Below are positions 20,053 to 29,634 of a DNA stretch of 64,000 nucleotides, piece by piece. Made by a program: the position numbers and the translations under genes. Under the pieces are notes generated by a model, which worked only from the letters and a program-made list of their open reading frames with translations, was not told the origin of the DNA and ran no database searches. The stretch covers positions 139,458 through 203,457 of the forward strand of contig OZ006970.1 of assembly GCA_963931065.1 (NCBI GenBank), read 5' to 3'. Every line of letters starts with the position of its first letter. The stretch's first letter is position 1. The stretch is from an uncultured Bacilli bacterium. GTDB taxonomy: Bacteria; Bacillota_I; Bacilli_A; RF39; UBA660.

Positions 20053-20610
20053 CTATTCTTCAATAATACCATTATCTTTAAAGAAATTAACAACAGTATC
20101 TTTATCAGTTAAACCTTCTATAACGTCAACAAAATCATTATCTTTAACTATTATTAACATAGGTGTTCCATATCCACCCTTTTCATCAAAATAATCATTA
20201 GACTTAATAAAATCTGCTTGACCTTCATCATCTAACTCATCTGTATTTAAATAATGAACTTTAACATTATATTCATATACTACATTTCTAACAATAGGTT
20301 CCATCTCTTGACAATAATGACACGTTGGTCTAGCTACATAAATTATAGATGCTTCATCATCTTTTAATAAATCCAAATATTCATCTATACCAATTTCATC
20401 TAAATCTCCTTGTTCATCTTCTGAAATATCACTATCTGTAGAAGTTGCAGCATTAGAACTATTAGTATCAGTAGAACTTGTACCAGTACTAACATCTTTA
20501 TTATTACATTCCTTTAATTCTGATATAAAATAACTTGCACCAAATACTATTATTAAAACTAAAACTACTATAGTAGTGCTCTTAATTTTTTCAATTGTTC
20601 CCTTCTTCAT
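20053..20610 (-). CDS. membrane-anchored thioredoxin-family protein
   Basis: N-terminal TM helix, acidic Ser/Thr-rich linker, thioredoxin fold with a CHYC (CxxC) motif. Confidence 0.6.
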   Translation of the reverse strand: MKKGTIEKIKSTTIVVLVLIIVFGASYFISELKECNNKDVSTGTSSTDTNSSNAATSTDSDISEDEQGDLDEIGIDEYLDLLKDDEASIIYVARPTCHYCQEMEPIVRNVVYEYNVKVHYLNTDELDDEGQADFIKSNDYFDEKGGYGTPMLIIVKDNDFVDVIEGLTDKDTVVNFFKDNGIIEE

Positions 20611-20748
20611 AAACTTCTCCCTCCGTCTACAATTATATCACAAAATATTTAAAATTTAAGTATTATTAATTAATTTCTTCTAAATTTCAAAAAAATTAAA
20701 TATAAAAAGTCTTTCTTTCATAGATTATAAAGAAAGGAATGATTCCAA

Positions 20749-21654
20749 ATGAAAATAGGCCTTCCCAAAACACTACTTTACTACTACTATGCTCCTTTAT
20801 GGAAAGCGTTCTTTAATGAACTTGATGTAAATATTATTGAAAGTAATGATACTACTTTTAAAACTCTAATACAAGGTAAAGAAAAAAGTATTGACGAATC
20901 TTGTCTTGCTTTAAAAATATATTTAGGTCATATAGAAGAATTAAAAGATAAATGTGATTATATTTTAGTACCAAGAATCTATTCTCTAGTAAAAACAGAA
21001 CAAGTATGTACTAATTTTAATGCTTTATATGATATTGTAAGAAATACTTTTCCTAATATAAAGATTCTAAATTATAATATTGATATTAAAAATCATCACA
21101 ATGAAAAAAGTGCCTTTTTAAAGATAGGTAAAGAATTAGGTTTTAGTATTATAGAGTCTCTTAATGCTTACAAAAAAGCGAAAGTTATTGAAAATAATTA
21201 TTATAAAAGTGAAGAAAAAAAAGCTAAAGAAAGTTTAAAGAGTAATAAAACAAAAATACTTTTATTAGGACATCCCTATATCTTAAAAGATAATCTTATC
21301 GGTAAAAATATTATAAACTATCTTGAAAAAAATAATATCTCTATTATCTACAGTTACCAAATACCTAGAGAATTAATAGAATTTAATTGTAATAAAATAT
21401 CAGAGAAAGTCCATTTTACTATGAATAAAAAACTAATCGCAGCCTTTAATTATTTTAAAGGAAAAGTAGATGGTACTATTATTTTAACAGCATTCCCTTG
21501 TGGACCAGATTCTCTTGCTAATGAAATGATTATAAGAAAAAGAGGAAACCATCCTACACTACTTCTAACTTTTGAAGACTTAACTAACAATACTGCCATT
21601 ATTACAAGACTAGAAAGTTTTCTTGATATGTTAAAAGGAGGTATACACTTATGA
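20749..21654 (+). CDS. acyl-CoA dehydratase-like / activase-associated (DUF2229-type) protein, subunit 1 (tentative)
   Basis: Three-gene arrangement with a BadF/BadG/BcrA/BcrD-type ATPase downstream. Start/stop overlap indicates an operon. Confidence 0.4.
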   Translation: MKIGLPKTLLYYYYAPLWKAFFNELDVNIIESNDTTFKTLIQGKEKSIDESCLALKIYLGHIEELKDKCDYILVPRIYSLVKTEQVCTNFNALYDIVRNTFPNIKILNYNIDIKNHHNEKSAFLKIGKELGFSIIESLNAYKKAKVIENNYYKSEEKKAKESLKSNKTKILLLGHPYILKDNLIGKNIINYLEKNNISIIYSYQIPRELIEFNCNKISEKVHFTMNKKLIAAFNYFKGKVDGTIILTAFPCGPDSLANEMIIRKRGNHPTLLLTFEDLTNNTAIITRLESFLDMLKGGIHL

Positions 21655-22739
21655 TGCAGTTAGTAGCATTTCCAAGATTAGGTAATTACTTTAATCCTAT
21701 AAAAAAACTAATAGTAAATACAACTCATCTAAAAGTAATAGAAATACCTAAAATAACTAAAAAGACTATCTATTTAGGCTCTAAAAACTCTCCTGATACT
21801 GTTTGTGTTCCTTTTAAATATAATTTAGGTAACTTAATAGAAGCTTTAGATAAAGGAGCGACAGTATTATTTCAAGCAGGAGGCGGATGTAGATATAGAT
21901 ATTATGCTGAAGTACAGGAGACTATCCTTAAAGATTTAGGATATAATTTTACAATGTATCAAGTTATAGAAAAAGATCATGCTAAGTTTTCTGAATTATA
22001 TAAAATTTTATTAAAGTTAAATCCCTATCTTTCAAGAAGAAAACTTATAAAAGAGATAATAAGTACTCTTCTATATATTTACTATCTAGATAAAATAGAT
22101 ATCTACATAAGAAAAAGAATTGGTTTTGAAAAAGATAAAAATAGTTTTAAAAAAATAAAAGATGATTTTATAAAAAAGGTAGACAAAGAAAATAGTATTA
22201 TTAAATTAACAAGGCTATATTACAAAACAAAAAAAGAATTAAGAAAAGTAAAAATAAATAAACCTAAAAATACTATAAAAATAGGAATTATTGGAGAATT
22301 ATATACATCTATGGAACCATTCTCTAATTATGAACTTGAAAAACTACTAGCTAGTTTCAACATTGAGATAAAAAGATTTACTAATTTAAGTTATTTATTA
22401 TGGCAAAAGAAATTAATTGAAAAATATATAAAATTTAAAATAAGAAAGTATTGTAAATACACATTAGGGGCAGATGGACTTGATAATGTATATAGAGTCT
22501 ATTATCTAAAAAAACACAAATATGATGGTATTATTCACATAAAACCAACAGGATGTACTCCTGAAATTGGTGCAATGCCTATAATAATGAGAATTGCCAA
22601 AGATTTAAATATACCTATTATATTTTTATCTTTTGATGAACAAACAGGAGTTGAAGGATTAAATACAAGAATTGAAGCATTCTATGATTTATTAAAAATA
22701 AAGAAGGAGGAAGAAAATGGAAACAAGCTTAGGAATTGA
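21651..22739 (+). CDS. acyl-CoA dehydratase-like / activase-associated protein, subunit 2 (tentative)
   Basis: Coupled to flanking genes by ATGA overlap. Lys-rich central region. Family assignment by context only. Confidence 0.35.
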   Translation: MMQLVAFPRLGNYFNPIKKLIVNTTHLKVIEIPKITKKTIYLGSKNSPDTVCVPFKYNLGNLIEALDKGATVLFQAGGGCRYRYYAEVQETILKDLGYNFTMYQVIEKDHAKFSELYKILLKLNPYLSRRKLIKEIISTLLYIYYLDKIDIYIRKRIGFEKDKNSFKKIKDDFIKKVDKENSIIKLTRLYYKTKKELRKVKINKPKNTIKIGIIGELYTSMEPFSNYELEKLLASFNIEIKRFTNLSYLLWQKKLIEKYIKFKIRKYCKYTLGADGLDNVYRVYYLKKHKYDGIIHIKPTGCTPEIGAMPIIMRIAKDLNIPIIFLSFDEQTGVEGLNTRIEAFYDLLKIKKEEENGNKLRN

Positions 22740-23667
22740 TATAGGATCTATTTCTACTAAAGGAGTAATACTTGATAATGATAATAATATACTAGCTTCT
22801 ACTTATCTTTGGACTGAAGGTAATCCTATTAAAGCCGTAAAAGAGGTTTTAATAGATTTAGAAAGTCAAATTACAAAAGATATAAAAGTAACATCAGTTG
22901 GTACTACAGGCTCAGCTAGAAAACTTATTGGAACTATGTTAGGAGCAGTATCTATAAAAAATGAGATAACTGCCCATGCCATAGGTACTCTATCTAAATA
23001 TCCTGATATAAGGACTATCTTAGAAATAGGAGGACAAGACTCTAAGATTATTTTACTTGATAACGGAATAGTTACTGACTATGCGATGAATACCCTCTGT
23101 GCTGCAGGAACAGGAAGTTTTCTATCTAGTCAAGCGAAAAGATTAGGACTTGATGTTGAAGACTTTGGTAAGATAGCCTTAACTAGTAAAAACCCTACTA
23201 ATATCGCTGCAAGATGTACAGTCTTTGCCGAGTCTGATTTAGTTCATAAAATCCAAATGGGATATAAAAGAAATGATATTATCGCTGGATTATGTTACAG
23301 TGTAGCAAGTAATTATCTTAATAATGTTGGTAAAGGTAAAAAAATAGAAGGCCCTATTATCTTTCAAGGTGGAGTCTCTAAAAATATTGGTGTAAAAAAA
23401 GCTTTTGAAGACTTATTACATGAAAATATTATAGTAGATCAAAATGGTCATTTAATGGGTGCTATAGGCAGTGCTATACTAGCTAGAAAAACAGGTATAA
23501 AAAAAGAATTTAATTTTAAAATAACAAACTCTAACTTTGAAACAAGTGGTATTGAATGTAAAGGATGTCCTAATCACTGCGAAATAATAGTAGTTAAAAA
23601 AGATAATAAGGTATTAGATTACTGGGGAAATAGATGTGATAAAGGAAGTCTAAAAGTAAAAGAGTGA
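22717..23667 (+). CDS. BadF/BadG/BcrA/BcrD-type ATPase (CoA-substrate-specific enzyme activase, HgdC-like)
   Basis: LGIDIGSISTKGVIL and EIGGQDSKIILLDNG acetate/sugar-kinase-fold motifs. C-terminal Cys cluster (CKGCPNHC...C) fits a [4Fe-4S] activase. Confidence 0.6.
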   Translation: METSLGIDIGSISTKGVILDNDNNILASTYLWTEGNPIKAVKEVLIDLESQITKDIKVTSVGTTGSARKLIGTMLGAVSIKNEITAHAIGTLSKYPDIRTILEIGGQDSKIILLDNGIVTDYAMNTLCAAGTGSFLSSQAKRLGLDVEDFGKIALTSKNPTNIAARCTVFAESDLVHKIQMGYKRNDIIAGLCYSVASNYLNNVGKGKKIEGPIIFQGGVSKNIGVKKAFEDLLHENIIVDQNGHLMGAIGSAILARKTGIKKEFNFKITNSNFETSGIECKGCPNHCEIIVVKKDNKVLDYWGNRCDKGSLKVKE

Positions 23668-23669
23668 TT

Positions 23670-24029
23670 CTAATTCACTCTTTTATTAAGTCTTAAATTA
23701 TTTCTTCTATTTTGCATTTTAAGTAACTTCTTTTTATTAATATTATATCCTGGTATTAAATTCTTATTAACAACACTTTCTTCTCTAACAATAAATCTAT
23801 CATCAATAAATAATTTCCTAGAAATTTCTAGTTCATTTAAACTATTAAAAACTTCTTCTAACTCACTATCCAAACTATTAACTTTACTATCATAAAATCT
23901 ACATATTTTATCTAAAAAATGAATTTCATCATCTACTCTTACATAACTAATATTATGTAAAGATAAATATCTTAATAAAAAATCAATAATTTCTTCTTTA
24001 GTATTAGTATATATATTTTTAATATCCAT
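23670..24029 (-). CDS. hypothetical protein
   Basis: 119-aa ORF with no recognisable motif; convergent with the activase gene. Confidence 0.3.
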   Translation of the reverse strand: MDIKNIYTNTKEEIIDFLLRYLSLHNISYVRVDDEIHFLDKICRFYDSKVNSLDSELEEVFNSLNELEISRKLFIDDRFIVREESVVNKNLIPGYNINKKKLLKMQNRRNNLRLNKRVN

Positions 24030-24031
24030 AA

Positions 24032-25615
24032 CTAACCTCTTTCATAATATTCATCAAAACTAAGTCTTCTATCAATAATAGATCCATCTTCTAATATTTC
24101 AATAATTCTATTACAAACAGTCTGATTTAATTCATGGTCCCTAGATGTTAAAATTAACTCCCCTTCAAAGTTTTCTAAACCTTTATTTAAAGATGTAATA
24201 CTCTCTAAATCCAAATGATTAGTAGGCTCATCTAATATAAGAAAATTAGGTTCTTCTAACATTAATTTACTTAACATACATCTTGCCTTCTCTCCACCAG
24301 ATAAAACACTAACCTTCTTAAATACATCTTCACCACTAAATAACATTCTACCTAAAAAACTTCTTAAATGTGTCACATCATCTATCTTTTTAAACTGTCC
24401 TAACCAATCTAAAATATTTTTTTCCTGCTCAAAATAACTACTATTATCTTGAGGTAAATATGAAGGACTTATTGTTTTACCAAACACTACTTCTCCTTCA
24501 TAATCTTTAATATTACCTGCTAATATCTCAAAAAGAGTAGTCTTTGCTAAATCATTATCAGAAATAATAGCAATCTTATCACCACGTAAAACAGTAAATG
24601 ATATTTTATTAAGTAGTTTTTTACCATTAATTTCTTTACTTAAATTCTCTACTTTAAGTACTTCTTTACCAATACTTTTAGTAATATGAAAGTCTATATA
24701 AGGATACTTCCTAGAAGATGGTACTATCTCATCAAGTTCAATTTTATCTAACATTTTCTTCCTAGAAGTTGCCTGTTTACTTTTAGAGGCATTAGCAGAA
24801 AATCTAGCGATAAAGTCTTTAAGTTCTTTAATCTTCTCTTCCTTCTTTTTATTAGAATCTCTCATCTGTTTTAATAAAAGTTCACTAGATTCATACCAAA
24901 AGTCATAATTACCAATATACATCTTCATCTTACCATAATCTATATCTACAATATGGGTACAAACTTTATTTAAAAAATGTCTATCATGACTAACAACAAT
25001 TACTGTGTTAGGATAATTAATAATAAACTCTTCTAACCAACTAATAGCATTAATATCTAAACTATTAGTAGGCTCATCTAATAAAAGTATATCAGGATTA
25101 CCAAATAAAGCACTAGCAAGCATTACTTTAACTCTTAACTTAACAGGAATATCTTTCATACATTTATCAAAATATTTATCATTAACACCTAAATTAGTAA
25201 GAAGTATTGAAGCATCACTCTCTGCATTCCAACCATCCATCTCTAAAAACTCTGCTTCAAGATCTGCTAATCTATAACCATCTTCTTCAGTAAATTCACT
25301 ATGAGAATATAACTCTTCTTTTTCCATCATTATCTTATATAACTTATCATTACCCATAATAACAACATCTAAGACTCTCATATCATCATACTCATAATGA
25401 TCTTGTTTTAATATAGAAACTCTCTCTCCCTTACTAACAATAACATCTCCTGTAGTAGTATCAATCTCTCCTGTAAGAAGCTTTAAAAAAGTACTTTTCC
25501 CTGCCCCATTCGCTCCTATTATTCCATAACAATTACCACTAGTGAATTTCAAATTAACATCACTAAAAAGAGTTCTTTTATCAAACTTTAAACTAACATT
25601 ATTAACTTGTAACAT
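24032..25615 (-). CDS. ABC-F family ATPase (tandem ABC domains, no TMD)
   Basis: Two Walker A motifs (GANGAGKST; second ABC domain also present), two LSGG signature motifs, and a charged interdomain linker of about 55 aa. Confidence 0.85.
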   Translation of the reverse strand: MLQVNNVSLKFDKRTLFSDVNLKFTSGNCYGIIGANGAGKSTFLKLLTGEIDTTTGDVIVSKGERVSILKQDHYEYDDMRVLDVVIMGNDKLYKIMMEKEELYSHSEFTEEDGYRLADLEAEFLEMDGWNAESDASILLTNLGVNDKYFDKCMKDIPVKLRVKVMLASALFGNPDILLLDEPTNSLDINAISWLEEFIINYPNTVIVVSHDRHFLNKVCTHIVDIDYGKMKMYIGNYDFWYESSELLLKQMRDSNKKKEEKIKELKDFIARFSANASKSKQATSRKKMLDKIELDEIVPSSRKYPYIDFHITKSIGKEVLKVENLSKEINGKKLLNKISFTVLRGDKIAIISDNDLAKTTLFEILAGNIKDYEGEVVFGKTISPSYLPQDNSSYFEQEKNILDWLGQFKKIDDVTHLRSFLGRMLFSGEDVFKKVSVLSGGEKARCMLSKLMLEEPNFLILDEPTNHLDLESITSLNKGLENFEGELILTSRDHELNQTVCNRIIEILEDGSIIDRRLSFDEYYERG

Positions 25616-25667
25616 ATTATCACCGTCTCCCGTTAAAATTTTAACAAAAAACCAAAGAAAAAGAAAG

Positions 25668-26312
25668 CTATTTCAAAACTTTCTTTAAAGTAACTTCTAT
25701 AGGATAAGCTTCTCCTATCTTAGATACTTCTGTCATACCTACTAACTTATGTATATTAACACATTCTAAATTTTTTGATATAAAGAAATGATTTACTATC
25801 TCTCTATTATTCTTAGCATGACTATCTTGTCCTACTAAAGTAGAAATATCTTCTAAATCAAACATGGAACAAAAATTATTTGTATCAACTTCCTTAGGGA
25901 ACTTTCCCGTAATAATTCTAGTTTTAATTGTATGTATAGTATCACTTTTACTATAAGCATTACACACTTCAAATACATCTTTCATACCACTAATCTTATC
26001 ACAACATACATTAATACAAGCAATAGGAGATTTATTATATATTATAGTTGAACTAACTACAGGAGATTCACTTTTAATATCAAATCCTTTTAATTCATTA
26101 TCATATAACACAGCCATTCTATTTAAATATCCTATCGTTTCATAATTCAATTTACTAAAATCTATATTACTAGATAAATTTTTACCCTGTAACATAACTA
26201 TATCATAAGCTTCTTCATTTATATATGAAGTTACCAATTCTTTTTTATTTTTTATAGGAATAAATCTTCTTCCTAAGTTCATACTAAGTATTTTCAAATT
26301 TTCCATAATCAT
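25668..26312 (-). CDS. hypothetical protein, possibly a degenerate endonuclease/exonuclease/phosphatase-like fold (paralog A)
   Basis: N-terminus MENLKILSMNLGRRF resembles EEP-family starts. Tandem paralog of the adjacent gene. Confidence 0.3.
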   Translation of the reverse strand: MIMENLKILSMNLGRRFIPIKNKKELVTSYINEEAYDIVMLQGKNLSSNIDFSKLNYETIGYLNRMAVLYDNELKGFDIKSESPVVSSTIIYNKSPIACINVCCDKISGMKDVFEVCNAYSKSDTIHTIKTRIITGKFPKEVDTNNFCSMFDLEDISTLVGQDSHAKNNREIVNHFFISKNLECVNIHKLVGMTEVSKIGEAYPIEVTLKKVLK

Positions 26313-26892
26313 TTCTCACTTTCTTATATGTAATATCAACAACCATAGGTTGTACATCAACAGAAGGAATTATTGGTACATTAACAACTTTAACATCTAA
26401 TTCTTTAGATACAAGAATATGATTACTTCTAGGTTTACTACAAATATTATCAAGATTATATTTATTACAAAAAGAATCTATACCTACATCTTGTAAAGTT
26501 CCTCCTACTACATTATAATCTATATTTTTATATTCTTTAATCATATTTCTAAACTCCCACAAACTTTCTTTTTTATATTTTTTAATATTATAAAATGCAA
26601 TATCTTCATAACCTAATTTAGTAACAAAAGCACCACTATTTATAAAGTAATAATCATCAACAAAGTCTAAAATAGGATTCATTAAAAACAAATAATTTGA
26701 ATAATTATAAACAACCCCATAGTCTTTAATCATAAACAAAAGATTATAAATCAATTCTTTATCTCCTTGTAATAAAGCTAAATCTATATCTAAATTTCTA
26801 ATATAATTAATTACTCTTTTAGACCTTTCTACTTTACTTTTAACTAAAGTAAAAGAATCTAAATCAAAACTCATAATCCTTAAATTTTCCAT
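26284..26892 (-). CDS. hypothetical protein, possibly EEP-like (paralog B)
   Basis: N-terminus MENLRIMSFDLDSF; C-terminal ...SNHILVSKELDV. Overlaps paralog A. Confidence 0.3.
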   Translation of the reverse strand: MENLRIMSFDLDSFTLVKSKVERSKRVINYIRNLDIDLALLQGDKELIYNLLFMIKDYGVVYNYSNYLFLMNPILDFVDDYYFINSGAFVTKLGYEDIAFYNIKKYKKESLWEFRNMIKEYKNIDYNVVGGTLQDVGIDSFCNKYNLDNICSKPRSNHILVSKELDVKVVNVPIIPSVDVQPMVVDITYKKVRNDYGKFENT

Positions 26893-26930
26893 AACTCCTC
26901 CAGTGCTTTATATTATACAACTAATATTAT

Positions 26931-29606
26931 TTAAACACAACCAAGTTTTCTTTTACTTTTAAGATATATTTTTCTAATAAGTTCTACTGGTATTACAGAA
27001 AAAGCACAGATTAACATTATTTCTATTTCTTTTAGACTCAAAGATGTTGTTCTAAATAAATCTCCCCCATAGTAGATAAGGATAACTTGTACTATTACAA
27101 TAAAGATAATTACTCCTAAAAAGACTTTATTAGATAAAAGATTTGCAAAAATATTAAGTCTACTTGTCCTTGCATTAAAACTATTAAATATCATCATAAA
27201 GATAAATAGTCCAAAAAAAGCACTCGTAAAATAAATATCATCTCTTCCCTCTCTAAAAAATGAATGAATAAATGGACTTTTTAAAAAGAAAACACAAACT
27301 AAAAATGAATAAATACTAGTAAATACTATTTCATGAATCATATAACTATTAAGTATTTTCTCATCCCTTTTCTTAGGTGGTTCTTCCATATATTCTAAAA
27401 GTGGTGGTTCGTAAGAAAAAGCAATACCAGCTAGAGTATCCATAACCATATTAACCCAAAGCATTTGAATAACTGTAACAGGAGTCTCTACCCCAATAAA
27501 TGGTCCTACTATTGATAAGAAAACAGCACAGAAATTAACTGTTAATTGAAAAATAATAAACTTACGAATACTTTTAAAGATTGTTCTTCCATAAATAATC
27601 GCTTTTACAATAGAATTAAAATTATTATCAAGTAAAACTATATCACTAGCTTCCTTACTAACTTCAGTACCACTTCCCATAGAAAAACCAACATCACTAG
27701 ATTTTAAAGCAGGAGCATCATTAACACCATCACCAGTCATACCAACAACAAGTCCTAACTCTTGACTAAGTCTTACTAATCTACTTTTATCAGTAGGTAG
27801 AGCCCTAGCAACAACAGATAGATTTGGAATAATCTCTTTAATCTTTTCATCACTTAAATTATTTAATTCACTACTAGTAAGAACAATATCTTTATCACTT
27901 TTTATAATACCAGCATCTTTAGCAATAGATTTAGCAGTTTTCTTATTATCACCAGTTATCATAACTGTCTTAATACCAGCTTTTCTGACTAATTCTATAC
28001 CACCTCTAACTTCTTCTCTTAACTCATCTTTAATAAATAATAATGATAAAAAAGAAAGTCCTTCGCCTTTATCAACACATAACATTAAAACTCTAATACC
28101 CATATTAGCATAATTATCTATTACATCACTAATTCTCTTTTTATTAACAAATAATACACTTCTCCCACTAGAAGATATATAGTATTTACACTTATCAAGT
28201 AATACTTCAGGAGCCCCTTTATAATAAGTTATCTCCTTACCTTCTTCTAATACTTTAGTATAAGAATATTTATTTTTACTATCAAAAGGAACTTCTTTAA
28301 GTTTTTTAACACTATAATTACCACTTTCTATATAATTAACTAATGCCTTATCAGTAGCATTTCCTCCTATCCATACATTTTTATCATCATCAAAAACACA
28401 ATTAGTATTAGATAAAATACACTTTTTTAAAAGATTATAGTAAGTTACACTACTCTTAAGTCTCTTCTTTTCTTTATAATAATCTAAATTACCAAACATA
28501 ACCCCTACTACTTCAAGTTCTCCTTTAGTAAGAGTACCTGTTTTATCAGTAAATAATATATTTAAACTACCAGCAGTTTCTATTCCTGTAAGTTTTCTAA
28601 CTAAGACATTATCTTTTAACATTCTCTTCATATTACTAGATAAAACAAGTGTTATCATCATAGGTAATCCTTCAGGAACAGATACTACTATAATTGTAAC
28701 TGCAAGTGTTAATGACTGAAGAAAATAGGCAAAAAGTAAAGATGTATCAGATAAAGTATTAACAATTCTATTAATATCAAAGTTATTATTTATAACAAGA
28801 ACAGAAAAAAGATAAGAAAAAGCGACAAGAAATGCTCCAATATAACCAATTTTACTAATAGTTTTAGCAAGATCTCTTAGTCTTATCTTTAAAGGACTTT
28901 CTCTTGTCTTTTCTTGTAATTCTAAAGATATCTTTCCATAAAAAGTATTTACTCCTACTTTAGTAACTATCATCTCTCCAACTCCATGATAAATTACACT
29001 ACCTCTTAAAAGTTCATTACAATTACTAGGATTAATACCCCCTATAAAAGGTTTCTTATAGACTTCTTTACTTTCCCCTGTAATAGATGCCTCATCTACA
29101 CTAAGTTCTCCTTTAATTAAAACTCCATCAGAAACTACCCTATCACCACTTTCAAGTAAAATAATATCTCCTACTACCACATCATTAATATCTATTAACA
29201 TTACTTTACTATTACGTCTTACTTTTACTTTAATAGATTCCGCTTCACTTTGTAATTTTAAAAAAGCTTTTTCACTTCCATACTCTGATATAGTAGAGAT
29301 AAATGATGCAAGAAAAATAGCGATTACAATACCAACAGTTTCATACCAATCAAAGTCTTGAATTAAAAAGATTGTTTTAATACCAAGAGCAATTAAAAGT
29401 ATTTTAATAATAGGATCACCTAAACTTCTAATTAAACTCTTAAAAAAACTATCTTTTTTTATCATTACTAAAGCATTACTACCATACTTATCACGGGATT
29501 TAATTACTTCTTCATTACTAAGACCATTACTATTTATTTTCATAAGTATCCTCCTATAAGATACTATGAAAATAATAAGGAGAATAAGATAATTAAAGAA
29601 TGACAA
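26931..29606 (-). CDS. calcium-translocating P-type ATPase (PMCA/YloB-like)
   Basis: DKTGTLT phosphorylation motif, MITGDN, GDGVNDAPAL hinge motif, 10 predicted TM segments. 891 aa. Confidence 0.85.
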   Translation of the reverse strand: MSFFNYLILLIIFIVSYRRILMKINSNGLSNEEVIKSRDKYGSNALVMIKKDSFFKSLIRSLGDPIIKILLIALGIKTIFLIQDFDWYETVGIVIAIFLASFISTISEYGSEKAFLKLQSEAESIKVKVRRNSKVMLIDINDVVVGDIILLESGDRVVSDGVLIKGELSVDEASITGESKEVYKKPFIGGINPSNCNELLRGSVIYHGVGEMIVTKVGVNTFYGKISLELQEKTRESPLKIRLRDLAKTISKIGYIGAFLVAFSYLFSVLVINNNFDINRIVNTLSDTSLLFAYFLQSLTLAVTIIVVSVPEGLPMMITLVLSSNMKRMLKDNVLVRKLTGIETAGSLNILFTDKTGTLTKGELEVVGVMFGNLDYYKEKKRLKSSVTYYNLLKKCILSNTNCVFDDDKNVWIGGNATDKALVNYIESGNYSVKKLKEVPFDSKNKYSYTKVLEEGKEITYYKGAPEVLLDKCKYYISSSGRSVLFVNKKRISDVIDNYANMGIRVLMLCVDKGEGLSFLSLLFIKDELREEVRGGIELVRKAGIKTVMITGDNKKTAKSIAKDAGIIKSDKDIVLTSSELNNLSDEKIKEIIPNLSVVARALPTDKSRLVRLSQELGLVVGMTGDGVNDAPALKSSDVGFSMGSGTEVSKEASDIVLLDNNFNSIVKAIIYGRTIFKSIRKFIIFQLTVNFCAVFLSIVGPFIGVETPVTVIQMLWVNMVMDTLAGIAFSYEPPLLEYMEEPPKKRDEKILNSYMIHEIVFTSIYSFLVCVFFLKSPFIHSFFREGRDDIYFTSAFFGLFIFMMIFNSFNARTSRLNIFANLLSNKVFLGVIIFIVIVQVILIYYGGDLFRTTSLSLKEIEIMLICAFSVIPVELIRKIYLKSKRKLGCV

Positions 29607-29634
29607 AAAAATACATATAAATTAATATATGTAT

